IMG/VR virus record: IMGVR_UViG_3300038797_000001
Location: 1-41,318 of that record
Length of the DNA: 41,318 bases
Source: a virus
Direction: 5' to 3' (one strand)
The notes under the pieces are model-generated. The model ran no database searches. It was given only the letters and a program-made list of their open reading frames with translations, and was not told where the DNA came from. The translations under genes were made by a program, and so were the position numbers. Below, one piece after another: positions 28,471 to 38,273 of this stretch (position 1 is its first letter; each line of letters opens with the position of its first letter).

Positions 28471-31400
28471 ATGGCCAAACTTACTTATGCTGACGTCAAA
28501 GCAGCAGGCACGCCGTATGACGCGATGATTCGCGAAGCGGCGGATGCCAACGGTGTCGATTATGACTACCTGCACAAGAAGATCTTTAACGAGTCGAGCT
28601 TCGACCCGAACGCCAAGAGTCCTACCGGGCCTCGCGGTCTCGGTCAGTTCACCAAGGCAACCGGTCGCGCCTACGGCCTGATGACCGATGAGGATTTCTT
28701 CGATCCCCAAAAGTCCATCAATGCGTCTGCTGCGTACACCAAGGATCTGCTCGGCACCTACAAGGGCGACTACCTCAAGGCTGCCCTCGCGTACAACCAA
28801 GGGAACGGTCGTTTGGGCGCTCCCCAACTGGCCGCTCTGGATCGTGGGGATTTCTCGAAGATCTCCGCTGAGGGCAATCAGTACATGGCGAACCTGCTCG
28901 ATGTTGGTGTGGTCGGCAAGTCGCCACTGCGCAAATACTTCGACCAGCCTAACGCCCCAAAGCGAAGCGCTGACCTCGACGAATTCACGCAAGGCGTCAG
29001 CGTTACTCCCAAACTCCAGCGTGGGAACATCAATGGCCCTCAGAGCTTCGACCTGGCTCTTGGGGAAGCACCTCAGACCCAATCGACTTTCCGTGAGATG
29101 GAGCTGCGCCAGAACGGCCCGGACAAGGACTTGTTCGACGGAACGTGGGACACCGTAAAGGCATCCCTCGCGACGTCCGTTCCAGCTCAGATCCTTCGGA
29201 ACATCACCGTGGAAGAACACGATCCATTGGATTGGGTCAATACGGCAGACACGAGCGATTGGACTGATGAGGACTTCGAGAACATCCGCAAGGAAGGGGT
29301 TGACCCGAAATACTTCAGCTTCATTTTCGACAACACCAGAGGCCACAAGAGCCGTCTCGGCGAGGCGATCAAACTGGCCAAGGAGAACATGGAGTATGAC
29401 CGGACGATCAGCAGCTCGGGCCTTGGCGCTCAGTTGACTGGTGGTCTGGCCGGTGCAGCTCTCGACCCTCTGACCTACGTCCCTGTACCGGGCACCGCTG
29501 GGGCATCCTTTGCGGCCCGAGTAGGGAAGCAGGCAGTGTTCTCATCGGGCATGTCCGTGGCCTCTGAGGGTCTCCGCTCTCAAGCCACTGGCATCGAGGG
29601 TCACTATGCGGCTGCTGCTGTAGGTGGCGCCGTGGTTGGTGGTGTGGCTGCTGCTGCACTGGATCGCTTCATTGCGAAGGCCGCTACGGCTCCCCAAGGG
29701 CGCCCTGAGATGCCTGATGGTGATCTCGAAGCAGTCCTCGCCCGTCACGGTGAAGCCTCGCAGCCGAACGCTGAGGTGCCTCTCCCGGAGGGCATGGAGC
29801 CAACCGTTAAGCAGCCTCGTGAGGACGCTCAGGATGATGACTATCTGGAGAAGATCCTTGGCATGCACGGTGAGCGTCACACCCGCCAAGAGGGCCTCAA
29901 GGATCTCCCTGATGACACCATTGAGGGCATCCTCGCACGTCACCAAGAATCCTCAGAGCCGAACGAGTTCTTCGGGACTCAGGTTCGCCTTCAAGGCCGT
30001 GAGGCTGCCCGTGCGAGTGGTCAGGAAGACCCAACCCGGTTGCCATGGAACTCCGACGACATCCCTGAGACTCACGAGGGTGTCGATTACGTTCCGTACC
30101 CGGCTGAGCGTAACGCTGTGCGTCTCCGTGACGGCAGCATCATCTCAGGCTCGAACCCGTTGAACCCTCAGACCCTCAAGATGGTTGCCTCTCTGGAACC
30201 TCAGCGGTCGGCCCGTGGGTTCACCGTTGGGGACATCACTGAGATCGGCTACACGCTCAACCGGACGGCAGACCCTGAGATCCTCGGCATCGGCAACAAG
30301 CTGTTCCGCTCCACGGTGCAGACCGAGAGTGGTTCGAATGGACGCTTTGGGGCTACCGCATCGGACGTGGTTGAACGCCTGCGTGGTGAGGATCATGTGA
30401 ACTACGGGAGACTCAACGATCTCACTGAGAAGCTGCTCAACGAAGACCCGGCCTATGCTGGTCGTCAAGGCTCTCGTGATTCGCTGACCGAGCGTGCGTA
30501 TCGTCGTGTCACTGAGGCAATCGAGGATCAGACCAAGCTGAAGATGGCGAAGCTGTCCAAGCAAGAGCGTGAGCTGATGGATCTGATTAACGAGCACTTC
30601 AAGCGCAAGCAGGACGTGCTTGAGAACCCGGCTCAGTTCGGTAACTCGGCATCGCAGTCCCTGCTCGATTCGACCCGGCACCAAGGCCACTACGTCCCGA
30701 ACGTTTACGACGATGCAGCCAAGGCTCTGTTCATCAAGAAGTTCGGAGGCGCTGACGGTCTGCAAGAAGGTATCCGTGAAAGCTGGCTGGCATCCTACGC
30801 AGCTCGCCCACACGTCCGCCAACGCGTAGACAAGATGGTCAAGGAGTCGCTTGAGAAGGAAGGCAAGGTGGTGACGCCTGAGATGCTGAAGGAGGCCGTG
30901 CAGCGCTACGCTCACGACAAGGCTTATGGTATCGCTCACACCGCCGACTTCAACCGGTCAGCTCTGATCGATGATGGTCTGGATTCGCTGGTTGGTGCTG
31001 AGAACAACAACTTCCTCGAAGCCCGTAACTTGTTCGACTCGGACATCCCTGTGACCCTAACCGATGGTTCGACCTTCTCGGTCAACGATCTCCGGGTCTA
31101 CGACTTCGCCAAGCTGATGCCTTCCTATGACCGCCGTATCAACGGTGACGTGGGGATCATGGCGGCGACTGGCGAGGGAACCGATGCACTCAAGGCTAAG
31201 ATTCTCTCGATCCAAACCAAGCAGGGCAACACCAAGGAGGTCGCAGCTCTTGAGGATGCCGTTAAGCTCCTGACAGGGCGCGCACGACGTTCTCCTGATA
31301 GCACCTTCGGGACTGCCTTGAGGATCCTCAACGATCTCTCATTCGCCACCAAGAACGCCTACATGGCCGCTCAGAACTTCACTGAGGTCGCCGGGATGGT

Positions 31401-32658
31401 CACCAATGGTCACCTTCGGATGCTGATGCACGGCGTTCCATACCTCCGTGAGATGACCACTTGGGGAAGCAAGATCTCCCCTGAGAACCTCAAGGAGATG
31501 CACGGCCTGATCTTCGGGCGCGAGCTGGATGACACTATCCGTCCTCGCCGTCAGGATATCGTTGACCGTCTGCGTCAGACTGGCTCCAGTGCCTTCGGTG
31601 CTGAGCTGGTGGGTTCCTTGAAGTACGGCTCTCAGGAGCTGGCCGCTCGTTCCCCGTTCACCAAGCTGCTAACCGAGACCTCAAACTACATCATCGACGC
31701 TGGCCGTCAGGGCGCGCTTCTGGATCTGGTCAATGCTGCCCATGGTGCCGAGGCGAAGATCTTCACGCCTGACCGCTTGCGTATGCTGTCCATCACGCCT
31801 CAGCAGTTCGGTGCGATGAAGCAGGCGATCAAGCAACACCTCGTACCTGACGGGAAGGGCTTCAAGATCAAGGATCCGGCTGCACTACGGGCCGACCCTC
31901 GAACCATGGACATCTGGCGACTGGGCGACAAGGTTGCCGATGAGTCGTTGCTGCGTCCGCACAAGTTGTCCTCTCAGGACACCAAGGCGCTCGGCGCTGG
32001 CTGGCACATGGCGCTCCAGTTCAAGAAGTTCGTCCTGCGTTCCCTCAACGCTCGACTGATGCGCGGGATCTACGACTCCACGAAGAATGGCCGGGGCATC
32101 GACTTCGCCATCCAGAGTGTGGTCGCTACGGGCCTCGCTACGTCCTTCTATGTGGCGCAACGCTACGTCCAAGCTCAAGGGATGCCTCAAGAAGCTCGCA
32201 AGGACTTCCTGAAGAACAGCTTCACTCCTGAGATGCTCGGCTGGGCTGCGATGAGCCGTAACAACATCATCGGTTCCCCGATTGGTGTGGCCAACTTCAT
32301 CGCGGCACCACTGGGTTACGACCCGGCTGCTGCTGTGCGTACCTCCGTGCTCCCACGAGGCCCTGAGTTCACTCCTAAGGATCGCCCTGTGCGTTACTCG
32401 CCTCTGCGTTCCGATGGCGTGCAGCAGCCTCTCAGCCGTGTCCTTGAGCAGGTTCCGGGCGCTGGCATCCTCGGCTCTGTGTATCAGGTCGGGGCGAACG
32501 CTGAGGGCCTTTGGGGATCCTCTCGGAACTCTCAGGAACTCGGCTACATGACTGGTCTGTACAACGGACTGCGTGGCCTCGTGCCAAACGATCCAGTCTC
32601 TCAGCGGGCACTTTCGGCTCTCATGCAGGAACAAGGCATGGAATACCGGAAGCGATAA
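28471..32658 (+). CDS. gp16: Internal virion protein D with N-terminal lytic transglycosylase domain
   Basis: GPRGLGQFTKATG, LKAALAYNQGNGRLG, FLEARNLFDSD and LVPNDPVSQ are colinear with T7 gp16. 1395 aa. Confidence 0.95.
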   Translation: MAKLTYADVKAAGTPYDAMIREAADANGVDYDYLHKKIFNESSFDPNAKSPTGPRGLGQFTKATGRAYGLMTDEDFFDPQKSINASAAYTKDLLGTYKGDYLKAALAYNQGNGRLGAPQLAALDRGDFSKISAEGNQYMANLLDVGVVGKSPLRKYFDQPNAPKRSADLDEFTQGVSVTPKLQRGNINGPQSFDLALGEAPQTQSTFREMELRQNGPDKDLFDGTWDTVKASLATSVPAQILRNITVEEHDPLDWVNTADTSDWTDEDFENIRKEGVDPKYFSFIFDNTRGHKSRLGEAIKLAKENMEYDRTISSSGLGAQLTGGLAGAALDPLTYVPVPGTAGASFAARVGKQAVFSSGMSVASEGLRSQATGIEGHYAAAAVGGAVVGGVAAAALDRFIAKAATAPQGRPEMPDGDLEAVLARHGEASQPNAEVPLPEGMEPTVKQPREDAQDDDYLEKILGMHGERHTRQEGLKDLPDDTIEGILARHQESSEPNEFFGTQVRLQGREAARASGQEDPTRLPWNSDDIPETHEGVDYVPYPAERNAVRLRDGSIISGSNPLNPQTLKMVASLEPQRSARGFTVGDITEIGYTLNRTADPEILGIGNKLFRSTVQTESGSNGRFGATASDVVERLRGEDHVNYGRLNDLTEKLLNEDPAYAGRQGSRDSLTERAYRRVTEAIEDQTKLKMAKLSKQERELMDLINEHFKRKQDVLENPAQFGNSASQSLLDSTRHQGHYVPNVYDDAAKALFIKKFGGADGLQEGIRESWLASYAARPHVRQRVDKMVKESLEKEGKVVTPEMLKEAVQRYAHDKAYGIAHTADFNRSALIDDGLDSLVGAENNNFLEARNLFDSDIPVTLTDGSTFSVNDLRVYDFAKLMPSYDRRINGDVGIMAATGEGTDALKAKILSIQTKQGNTKEVAALEDAVKLLTGRARRSPDSTFGTALRILNDLSFATKNAYMAAQNFTEVAGMVTNGHLRMLMHGVPYLREMTTWGSKISPENLKEMHGLIFGRELDDTIRPRRQDIVDRLRQTGSSAFGAELVGSLKYGSQELAARSPFTKLLTETSNYIIDAGRQGALLDLVNAAHGAEAKIFTPDRLRMLSITPQQFGAMKQAIKQHLVPDGKGFKIKDPAALRADPRTMDIWRLGDKVADESLLRPHKLSSQDTKALGAGWHMALQFKKFVLRSLNARLMRGIYDSTKNGRGIDFAIQSVVATGLATSFYVAQRYVQAQGMPQEARKDFLKNSFTPEMLGWAAMSRNNIIGSPIGVANFIAAPLGYDPAAAVRTSVLPRGPEFTPKDRPVRYSPLRSDGVQQPLSRVLEQVPGAGILGSVYQVGANAEGLWGSSRNSQELGYMTGLYNGLRGLVPNDPVSQRALSALMQEQGMEYRKR

Positions 32659-32678
32659 AACCCCTCACTATGGCTACC
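32656..32678 (+). promoter_or_regulatory. Phage-RNAP promoter, late type (TAAAACCCCTCACTATGGCTACC), phi17-equivalent
   Basis: 23-mer match. Overlaps the gp16 stop codon. Confidence 0.85.
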
Positions 32679-32682
32679 TAAC

Positions 32683-32706
32683 AGGCTCCTTCGGGGGCCT
32701 TCTTTT
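32683..32706 (+). promoter_or_regulatory. UUCG-tetraloop hairpin plus TCTTTT immediately downstream of the promoter (leader stem-loop or leaky terminator)
   Basis: AGGCTCC / GGGGCCT form a 7-bp stem (1 G-U pair) with a TTCG loop, followed by TCTTTT and then the AAGGAG RBS of the tail fibre gene. Confidence 0.5.
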
Positions 32707-32718
32707 AAGGAGACCTCA

Positions 32719-34275
32719 ATGGCAACCCCTAAGACGGTCAGAACGTATCCACTCAATGGTTCCCAAAAGGACTTCCCGATTCCCTTCGAGTACCTCGCTC
32801 GGAAGTTCGTGGTTGTGACCCTCATTGGTGTCAACCGGAAAGAGCTGGTGCTCAACACTGACTACCGCTTCACAACTCCAACGCAAATCACCACGACCAT
32901 CGCTTGGGGCACTGGCCAAGGCTATGACCTGATCGAGATCCGCCGACTGACTTCAGCGACTGATCGTCTGGTGGACTTCGCGGACGGTTCGATCCTTCGG
33001 GCCTACGATTTGAACACCTCTCAGATCCAGTCTCTGCACATCGCTGAGGAAGCCCGTGACCTGACTGCCGACACAATCGCCGTGAACAACGATGGCAACC
33101 TCGATGCTCGCGCCAAGCGAATCGTCAACGTGGCCGATGCCGTCGATGATGGTGATGCTGTGAACCTGCGCATGCAAAAGGTGTGGGCTGGATCAGCACT
33201 GAATCAGGCGAACGTTGCAACCCAGCAAGCCGGTCTTGCGGCTCAGGCCCGTACAGGATCTGAGGCAGCTCGTAACACCGCTCAGGAGTATCGAGACTCC
33301 GCACTTGCCTACCGTGACTCTGCTTACGCCTACCGTCAGGACGCTGGCGCCTCTCGTGATGCTGCTGCCAACTCGGCGACCAGCTCTGAGAACTCCAACG
33401 TGCGATCCCAAGAGTGGGCCTCGAAGGCTGAAGACGTTGTGGTCACTGGTGGTCTCTATTCGAGCTACCACTACAGCCGCAAGTCGTTCGCCAGCGCAGG
33501 TGCTGCTGCTGCAAGTGCCGCAACGGCTGCCCAAAAGGTGATCGATGCGACTACTCAGGTACAGCTTGCGACCAACCAAGCGGATCGTGCGAAGACCGAG
33601 GCTGACAAGCTGGGTAACTTCAACGAACTCGCAGCGGCCCTTAAAGGTGTCACCGCTCAGGGCGTGCAGTTCAACCGTGCAGTTCAAGCAGACACCTATG
33701 TTCTCTCGCTGAATGGTCAGTTACTGAGCCGGGCATTGAGCGCTTCGGATGTCTCAACGGTTCAATTTCAGAACTCTGCCGGGTCACGCACAGGGATTAT
33801 TTCATCTTCGGCAGACGGTAGCATGACCTTCTCCCGGAACTCCCTTGCTGACCAGCTCAGAATCACGGCTGGCGGTACGACGATCACCGGCAACGGTTAT
33901 TGCACTGCGCAATTCGAGGCGACCAACTTAAAGTCGAACAGCACTCTTGCAGTTGGTAACGGCGGCCTCGTAGGTACAGATGGAAACCTCTACGGCTCCG
34001 TATGGGGCAACAACTGGCTTAGCAACGTGGTTCTGACGACCAGTAACTTCAGGGCGAACATGGCGAACATCCGGGTGAACGACCTTGGGTCTTACTGTCA
34101 GGCGATCTACTTGCCTAATGGTTCCCTTGGCGCGAATAGCGGAACTGCTGGTGGCAACCTTTACCTTTCCTCTACGCAGGGTTCTCACGGCTCCCAATCT
34201 CCAGCTGGATCGTGGTACGTGTGTGGCTGGATCGGCGGACAGCTTCAAAACACCATTTGGCAACGATACGCCTAA
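32719..34275 (+). CDS. gp17: Tail fibre protein
   Basis: The N-terminal roughly 150 aa (FPIPFEYLARKFVVVTLIG, DRLVDFADGSILRAYDLN, HIAEEARDLTADTI) match T7 gp17. The C-terminal half is divergent. Confidence 0.94.
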   Translation: MATPKTVRTYPLNGSQKDFPIPFEYLARKFVVVTLIGVNRKELVLNTDYRFTTPTQITTTIAWGTGQGYDLIEIRRLTSATDRLVDFADGSILRAYDLNTSQIQSLHIAEEARDLTADTIAVNNDGNLDARAKRIVNVADAVDDGDAVNLRMQKVWAGSALNQANVATQQAGLAAQARTGSEAARNTAQEYRDSALAYRDSAYAYRQDAGASRDAAANSATSSENSNVRSQEWASKAEDVVVTGGLYSSYHYSRKSFASAGAAAASAATAAQKVIDATTQVQLATNQADRAKTEADKLGNFNELAAALKGVTAQGVQFNRAVQADTYVLSLNGQLLSRALSASDVSTVQFQNSAGSRTGIISSSADGSMTFSRNSLADQLRITAGGTTITGNGYCTAQFEATNLKSNSTLAVGNGGLVGTDGNLYGSVWGNNWLSNVVLTTSNFRANMANIRVNDLGSYCQAIYLPNGSLGANSGTAGGNLYLSSTQGSHGSQSPAGSWYVCGWIGGQLQNTIWQRYA

Positions 34276-34284
34276 GGAGGACTT

Positions 34285-34644
34285 ATGGAATTTCCCTACA
34301 TGATGCGGAGTGCTGCTGTGATTATCTCAGCGGCCAACCCTCAATGGGCCAACGAGGAAAAGACCCGGATCAACATGACCCTTACGTTCGCTGATGCGGA
34401 CTTGGGGTTTCACGAGATGGGTTTCACGGCCTGCCCAAACGACAGTGTTGAGCACGGGCCTCTGCTTTACCAATGGGCGCTCGATCAGGGCAACATCAAG
34501 CCTTGGGAGCGTCGAGACGTTTCCGCTGTGGATCTACAGCAGGAACTCGACAAGTTGCTGCCTGACGTGATGTTGGGCTTAGCGACCCCTGAAGAAATGG
34601 AGCTGGCCAAGTTGCTGCGCATCCAGATCAAGGCGATGACCTAA
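34285..34644 (+). CDS. Putative tail fibre assembly/chaperone protein (119 aa)
   Basis: AAGGAGG RBS. Lies immediately 3' of the fibre gene. ANPQWANEEKTRINMTLTF...FTACPNDSVEHGP and the C-terminal LATPEEMELAKLL resemble Tfa-type chaperones (recollection, not searched). Confidence 0.5.
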   Translation: MEFPYMMRSAAVIISAANPQWANEEKTRINMTLTFADADLGFHEMGFTACPNDSVEHGPLLYQWALDQGNIKPWERRDVSAVDLQQELDKLLPDVMLGLATPEEMELAKLLRIQIKAMT

Positions 34645-34865
34645 TGGCAGGCCTTGAGATCGACTTCACGAATGGAGTGGTTCGCGCCGCTCCTATCGCT
34701 GCTGGTGCTGGTGCCGAAGTGGCAAGCCAAGTGGCAGGTATGACCCTCAGTGATTGGTTCTATGCAGCCATCATCTTCTACACCATCGTGCAGACCGTCG
34801 TACTGATCTTCAAGACAGTCATGGACGAGAAGCGCAAGAACAAGGAGCCACCAAATGAGCGCTAA
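34644..34865 (+). CDS. gp17.5: Holin (class II, T7 gp17.5-like)
   Basis: LSDWFYAAIIFYTIVQ parallels T7 LNEWFYVAAIAYTVVQ. Basic C-terminus. Confidence 0.88.
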   Translation: MAGLEIDFTNGVVRAAPIAAGAGAEVASQVAGMTLSDWFYAAIIFYTIVQTVVLIFKTVMDEKRKNKEPPNER

Positions 34866-35115
34866 CGTTCTCGAAAAACTGCTGGAGGCTATCGACACCG
34901 AAACCGGTCGCAACCTTCTGGCCGACCTCCGCGATAAGGAGCGTCGAACCCCTCAGCTCTACAACGCCATCGGCAAGTACCTCGAACGTCACAAGTTCAC
35001 CATCGCGAAGCTGCAACCCGATGAGTCCCTCTTGGGCGATCTGGCATCGGCTCTCGATGAGTTCCCTGAGATGACCGACGATGAACTCTACGGCACCGCC
35101 GACGTGCGCCACTAA
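34855..35115 (+). CDS. gp18: Terminase small subunit
   Basis: LADLRDKERRTPQLYNAIGKYLERHKFTIAKLQPD matches T7 gp18. AAGGAG lies 7 nt upstream. Confidence 0.92.
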   Translation: MSANVLEKLLEAIDTETGRNLLADLRDKERRTPQLYNAIGKYLERHKFTIAKLQPDESLLGDLASALDEFPEMTDDELYGTADVRH

Positions 35116-35127
35116 AGGAGGCCCCAT

Positions 35128-35583
35128 ATGTTGAACCTTAAAGAGTTCGTCATGTGGGGCCTTTTGGTACTGACTGGCCTCGGTCTGGTCTACGCCAAAG
35201 GGCGCTCTGACGAAAACATTCAGTGGGTCGCAAAGACCCAATCCGAACAACTGCAAGCACAAGCCAAACAGGAGGCCGAACGTGAGCAATACACCAAAGC
35301 ACTTGCTGCCCAATCCAAGGAATGGCAGGACTACAACGCCGCGTCTCAAGAGTCTGCTCGTCGGGTTGTTGCTGATCTGCGTAGCCGTGGTATCGGGCTG
35401 TCAGTCGAACTCTCAGATGCCAAAGTCCGTTGCGTCACAGGTGACGGTAGACCCCTCGCTGATGGTCGCGCCGAGCTACGAGAAGAGACTTCTACAGCTC
35501 TTGTCCGAATCGCCCGAGACGCAGACTCTCAAGTGAGAGCACTGCAAGGAACCGTCAAGATTCTTCAAGGAGGAACCCCATGA
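35128..35583 (+). CDS. gp18.5: i-spanin (Rz-like)
   Basis: N-terminal TM helix and a coiled-coil periplasmic domain. Contains the embedded o-spanin gene. Confidence 0.88.
   Translation: MLNLKEFVMWGLLVLTGLGLVYAKGRSDENIQWVAKTQSEQLQAQAKQEAEREQYTKALAAQSKEWQDYNAASQESARRVVADLRSRGIGLSVELSDAKVRCVTGDGRPLADGRAELREETSTALVRIARDADSQVRALQGTVKILQGGTP
35282..35536 (+). CDS. gp18.7: o-spanin (Rz1-like lipoprotein), embedded in a +1 frame of Rz
   Basis: Lipobox [14 protein letters not shown] start with GGAGG 6 nt upstream. DPSLMV parallels T7 gp18.7 DSSLMV. Confidence 0.82.
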   Translation: MSNTPKHLLPNPRNGRTTTPRLKSLLVGLLLICVAVVSGCQSNSQMPKSVASQVTVDPSLMVAPSYEKRLLQLLSESPETQTLK

Positions 35584-37325
35584 GTAAACCCCGTGACGGG
35601 GCTGCTGACATAGCTTTAATGAGAAGGTCATTCGTGGCCTTTCTTTTTGTCTTGTGGAAAGCCCTAAGCCTGCCCAAACCGACCCGCTGTCAGATCGATA
35701 TGGCCTCGAAGCTCAGCGCTGGCGATCAACGCCGGTTCATCCTTCAGGCCTTCCGAGGGATCGGGAAGTCATTCATCACCTGCGCCTTCGTGGTGTGGAA
35801 GCTCTGGAACAATCCAGACCTGAAATTCATGATCGTGTCCGCCTCGAAAGAGCGTGCGGATGCTAACAGCATCTTCATCAAGCGCATCATTGAGCTGCTC
35901 CCATTCCTGCACGAGCTGAAACCTCGGAACGGTCAACGGGATAGTGCGCTGGCCTTCGACGTGGGGCCTGCCAAACCTGACCACTCGCCATCCGTGAAGT
36001 CTGTAGGTATCACCGGTCAGTTGACTGGTAGCCGTGCTGACATCCTCATTGCGGACGACGTTGAGGTTCCGAACAACTCGGCCACTCAGGCAGCTCGGGA
36101 ACACCTCGGAGAACTCGTTAAGGAGTTCGACGCGATCCTGAAGCCGGGCGGTACGATCATCTACCTCGGCACTCCACAAACCGAGATGACCCTCTACAGG
36201 GAACTCGAAGGCCGGGGCTATGTGACAACCATCTGGCCAGCTCGTTATCCGGTCGATCAGAAGGACTGGGAGACCTACGGCCCACGCCTCGCTCCGATGC
36301 TCCAGAAGGAACTCGAAGACGACCCAAGACTCTTTTGGGCGCCTACGGATGAGGTGCGATTCGATGACGCTGACCTGCGTGAGCGGGAACTCTCCTACGG
36401 GAAGGGCGGCTTCGCCTTGCAGTTCATGCTCAACCCGAACCTCAGTGACGCCGCTAAGTACCCTCTCAAGCTGCGAGATTTCATCGTGGGGAGCTTTGCA
36501 CCTGACAAGGCACCTACGACCCTCACTTGGCTGCCAAACGGCAACAACGAGGTCAAGAACGTTCCTATGGTCGGCCTGCAAGGTGACCGGTTCCACCGCT
36601 ACGAAGCTGTCGGTCAGTCCATGGCAGCATACGCTCAGAAGATCCTCGTTGTTGACCCCTCGGGTCGCGGTAAGGATGAGACCGGCTATGCAGTCCTGTA
36701 CCAGTTGAACGGCTACATCTTCCTCATGGATGCCGGTGGCTTCCGTGGTGGGTACGAGGACACGACCCTGCAATCCATTGCCAACCTCGCCAAGCTGTAC
36801 AAGGTGAACGAGGTGGTGGTCGAGGGTAACTTCGGTGACGGCATGTACGTCAAGCTGCTGGCCCCTGTGGTCGCCGCTACCTATCCTTGCGCTGTCACAG
36901 AGGTCAAGTCCAAGGGTCAGAAAGAGATGCGCATCTGCGACGTCTTAGAGCCTGTCCTTGGGTCTCACAAGCTGGTCATCCAAGAGGCCCTCATCGAGAA
37001 AGACTACCGGTCGGCAGTGAACGCGGATGGCACCATGGATCCGCAATACAGCCTCCTGTACCAGCTCACACGCATCACCAGAGATCGAGGCGCCCTACGC
37101 CATGATGACCGTCTGGACGCCCTCGCAATAGGCGTACAGTTCTTCACGGACGCCATGGAGAAGGACTCGAAGGTTGGTGAGTCGGAGATGCTGGAGGAAT
37201 TCCTTGAGAGCCACCTTGAGAACGCCCTGATGGGAGCTGACCACATCCGCCAGATCGCTGTGTCGGAGACCGTGGACATCTACTATGAGGACGATGGGTC
37301 TCTTTCCAACTACATGGGCTTCTAA
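35580..37325 (+). CDS. gp19: Terminase large subunit
   Basis: [62 protein letters not shown] and [20 protein letters not shown] match T7 gp19. Confidence 0.96.
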   Translation: MSKPRDGAADIALMRRSFVAFLFVLWKALSLPKPTRCQIDMASKLSAGDQRRFILQAFRGIGKSFITCAFVVWKLWNNPDLKFMIVSASKERADANSIFIKRIIELLPFLHELKPRNGQRDSALAFDVGPAKPDHSPSVKSVGITGQLTGSRADILIADDVEVPNNSATQAAREHLGELVKEFDAILKPGGTIIYLGTPQTEMTLYRELEGRGYVTTIWPARYPVDQKDWETYGPRLAPMLQKELEDDPRLFWAPTDEVRFDDADLRERELSYGKGGFALQFMLNPNLSDAAKYPLKLRDFIVGSFAPDKAPTTLTWLPNGNNEVKNVPMVGLQGDRFHRYEAVGQSMAAYAQKILVVDPSGRGKDETGYAVLYQLNGYIFLMDAGGFRGGYEDTTLQSIANLAKLYKVNEVVVEGNFGDGMYVKLLAPVVAATYPCAVTEVKSKGQKEMRICDVLEPVLGSHKLVIQEALIEKDYRSAVNADGTMDPQYSLLYQLTRITRDRGALRHDDRLDALAIGVQFFTDAMEKDSKVGESEMLEEFLESHLENALMGADHIRQIAVSETVDIYYEDDGSLSNYMGF

Positions 37326-37338
37326 ATGTCAACCCTAT

Positions 37339-37356
37339 GGCCTCCTTCGGGAGGTC
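37339..37356 (+). other. UUCG-tetraloop stem-loop just after the terminase stop (no U-tract)
   Basis: GGCCTCC ttcg GGAGGTC forms 7 bp including 1 G-U pair. Confidence 0.45.
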
Positions 37357-37394
37357 AGATGGGCACCTCTGAAAGGCCCGGAATAGAGCCCTCG

Positions 37395-37417
37395 CAAAAA
37401 CCCTCACTATGGCTACC
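37395..37417 (+). promoter_or_regulatory. Phage-RNAP promoter (CAAAAACCCTCACTATGGCTACC), phiOR-equivalent near the right end
   Basis: 23-mer match with C at -17. The following 22 nt resemble the leader of the promoter at 25196. Confidence 0.8.
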
Positions 37418-37532
37418 GTAGGGGGTTCTAAATGATTTCTCCTTAAGAGATTTATTTAGTCCTTCCCTACGGCTAAGGCTGAAGACCATGATCATTAGTG
37501 GTTAATGCCCATCACCAGAAAGGAGACCCACC

Positions 37533-37706
37533 ATGCCTGTAGAGAAAGCCACTGTGCTGCTCGTACTGAAGCGGTTGGCTCTCTCTCGTTCTACCTACAA
37601 GCTCGTTGGGCTGCTGCTGGTGACCTTCGGGATCTCTCAGGGCGCTCCTGTCATGGAGTGGGTCTCGACCCTCGTCTGTGTGGCATCTGGAGGCTGTGGC
37701 GATTGA
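37533..37706 (+). CDS. Small hydrophobic protein (57 aa, MPVEKATVLLVLKRLA...), gene 19.5 position; not in the ORF track
   Basis: AGGAG lies 7 nt before the ATG. Hand-translated open frame with a hydrophobic core LVGLLLVTFGI. The track ORF 37505..37738 is in another frame and lacks an RBS. Confidence 0.55.
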   Translation: MPVEKATVLLVLKRLALSRSTYKLVGLLLVTFGISQGAPVMEWVSTLVCVASGGCGD

Positions 37707-37769
37707 CTGCGCAACCGGGCCTAATTCGGCAGTGTTAGCACACTACCTCTTAGGCCGATAAGAGCAATC

Positions 37770-37856
37770 CCTAATGAGGGTCTAATGGCCCTCCTTAAGG
37801 GTTCCTAATGAGTCCGACATACGGTACTTGCAGGGAACTCGAAGATATCCTAATGT
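37770..37856. repeat. Cluster of CCTAATG(A/T) octamers (plus TCTAATGG), right-side junction array
   Basis: CCTAATGA at 37770 and 37804, CCTAATGT at 37849, TCTAATGG at 37782. Confidence 0.7.
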
Positions 37857-38006
37857 GACCTTTAAGAATCTGACAGAAAAATCTGAATGGTCACCTCTCA
37901 TAGACAACGGCTGAGGATTCCCCCGTAGGGCCTCTCTCAGTCATCTCAACGGCCATCCATCCCCATAGGGTTCCTTGAGATTTCCTTGAGGTGATCGTGA
38001 AGATCT

Positions 38007-38171
38007 CTCATGGGCACCATCATGGGCTATTGGATCGTTGAGTGCCAATTGGTATTCTCTATGGGATCTCATGGGGTTCATTGAGGTTCTCTATGTGTCC
38101 GTCTGTCCCTATCTGTTATCGCTCATTGAGATCCTCTATGACACCATCAAGATCCATTGAGCTACTATGAG
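38007..38171. repeat. Array of about 10 degenerate CTC(A/T)(A/T)TG(A/G)G motifs in non-coding DNA
   Basis: CTCATGGG 38007, ATCATGGG 38019, CTCTATGGG 38057, CTCATGGGG 38068, TCATTGAGG 38078, CTCTATGTG 38089, CTCATTGAG 38122, CTCTATGAC 38134, CCATTGAG 38154, CTACTATGAG 38162. Confidence 0.6.
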
Positions 38172-38194
38172 CATCCCAGGTGATGAAGTCCTAT

Positions 38195-38273
38195 CCTAAT
38201 GACCATCCTTGAGACCTCCTAATGAGACCACTGAGCAGCGCTCCTAATGACAGGCTAAGGAAGACCCTAATGG
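38195..38273. repeat. Cluster of CCTAATG(A/G) octamers, left-side junction array
   Basis: CCTAATGA at 38195, 38218 and 38243; CCTAATGG at 38266. Confidence 0.7.

Noticed and set aside
37326-37421. 31-codon ORF beginning right after the terminase stop (ATGTCAACC...)
   Set aside because: It has no SD and runs through a stem-loop and the promoter at 37395. It is likely fortuitous.
37505-37738. 77-aa ORF from the supplied track
   Set aside because: It has no SD and its product is rich in Arg, Cys and His. The alternative frame 37533..37706 has a canonical AGGAG-7nt-ATG and a coherent hydrophobic product.
37770-38273. Short-repeat arrays considered as a CRISPR array or mini-array
   Set aside because: The repeat units are only 7-9 bp, are degenerate and are irregularly spaced. 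There is no 24-40 bp repeat/spacer periodicity. The location matches T7-like terminal-repeat-flanking arrays.
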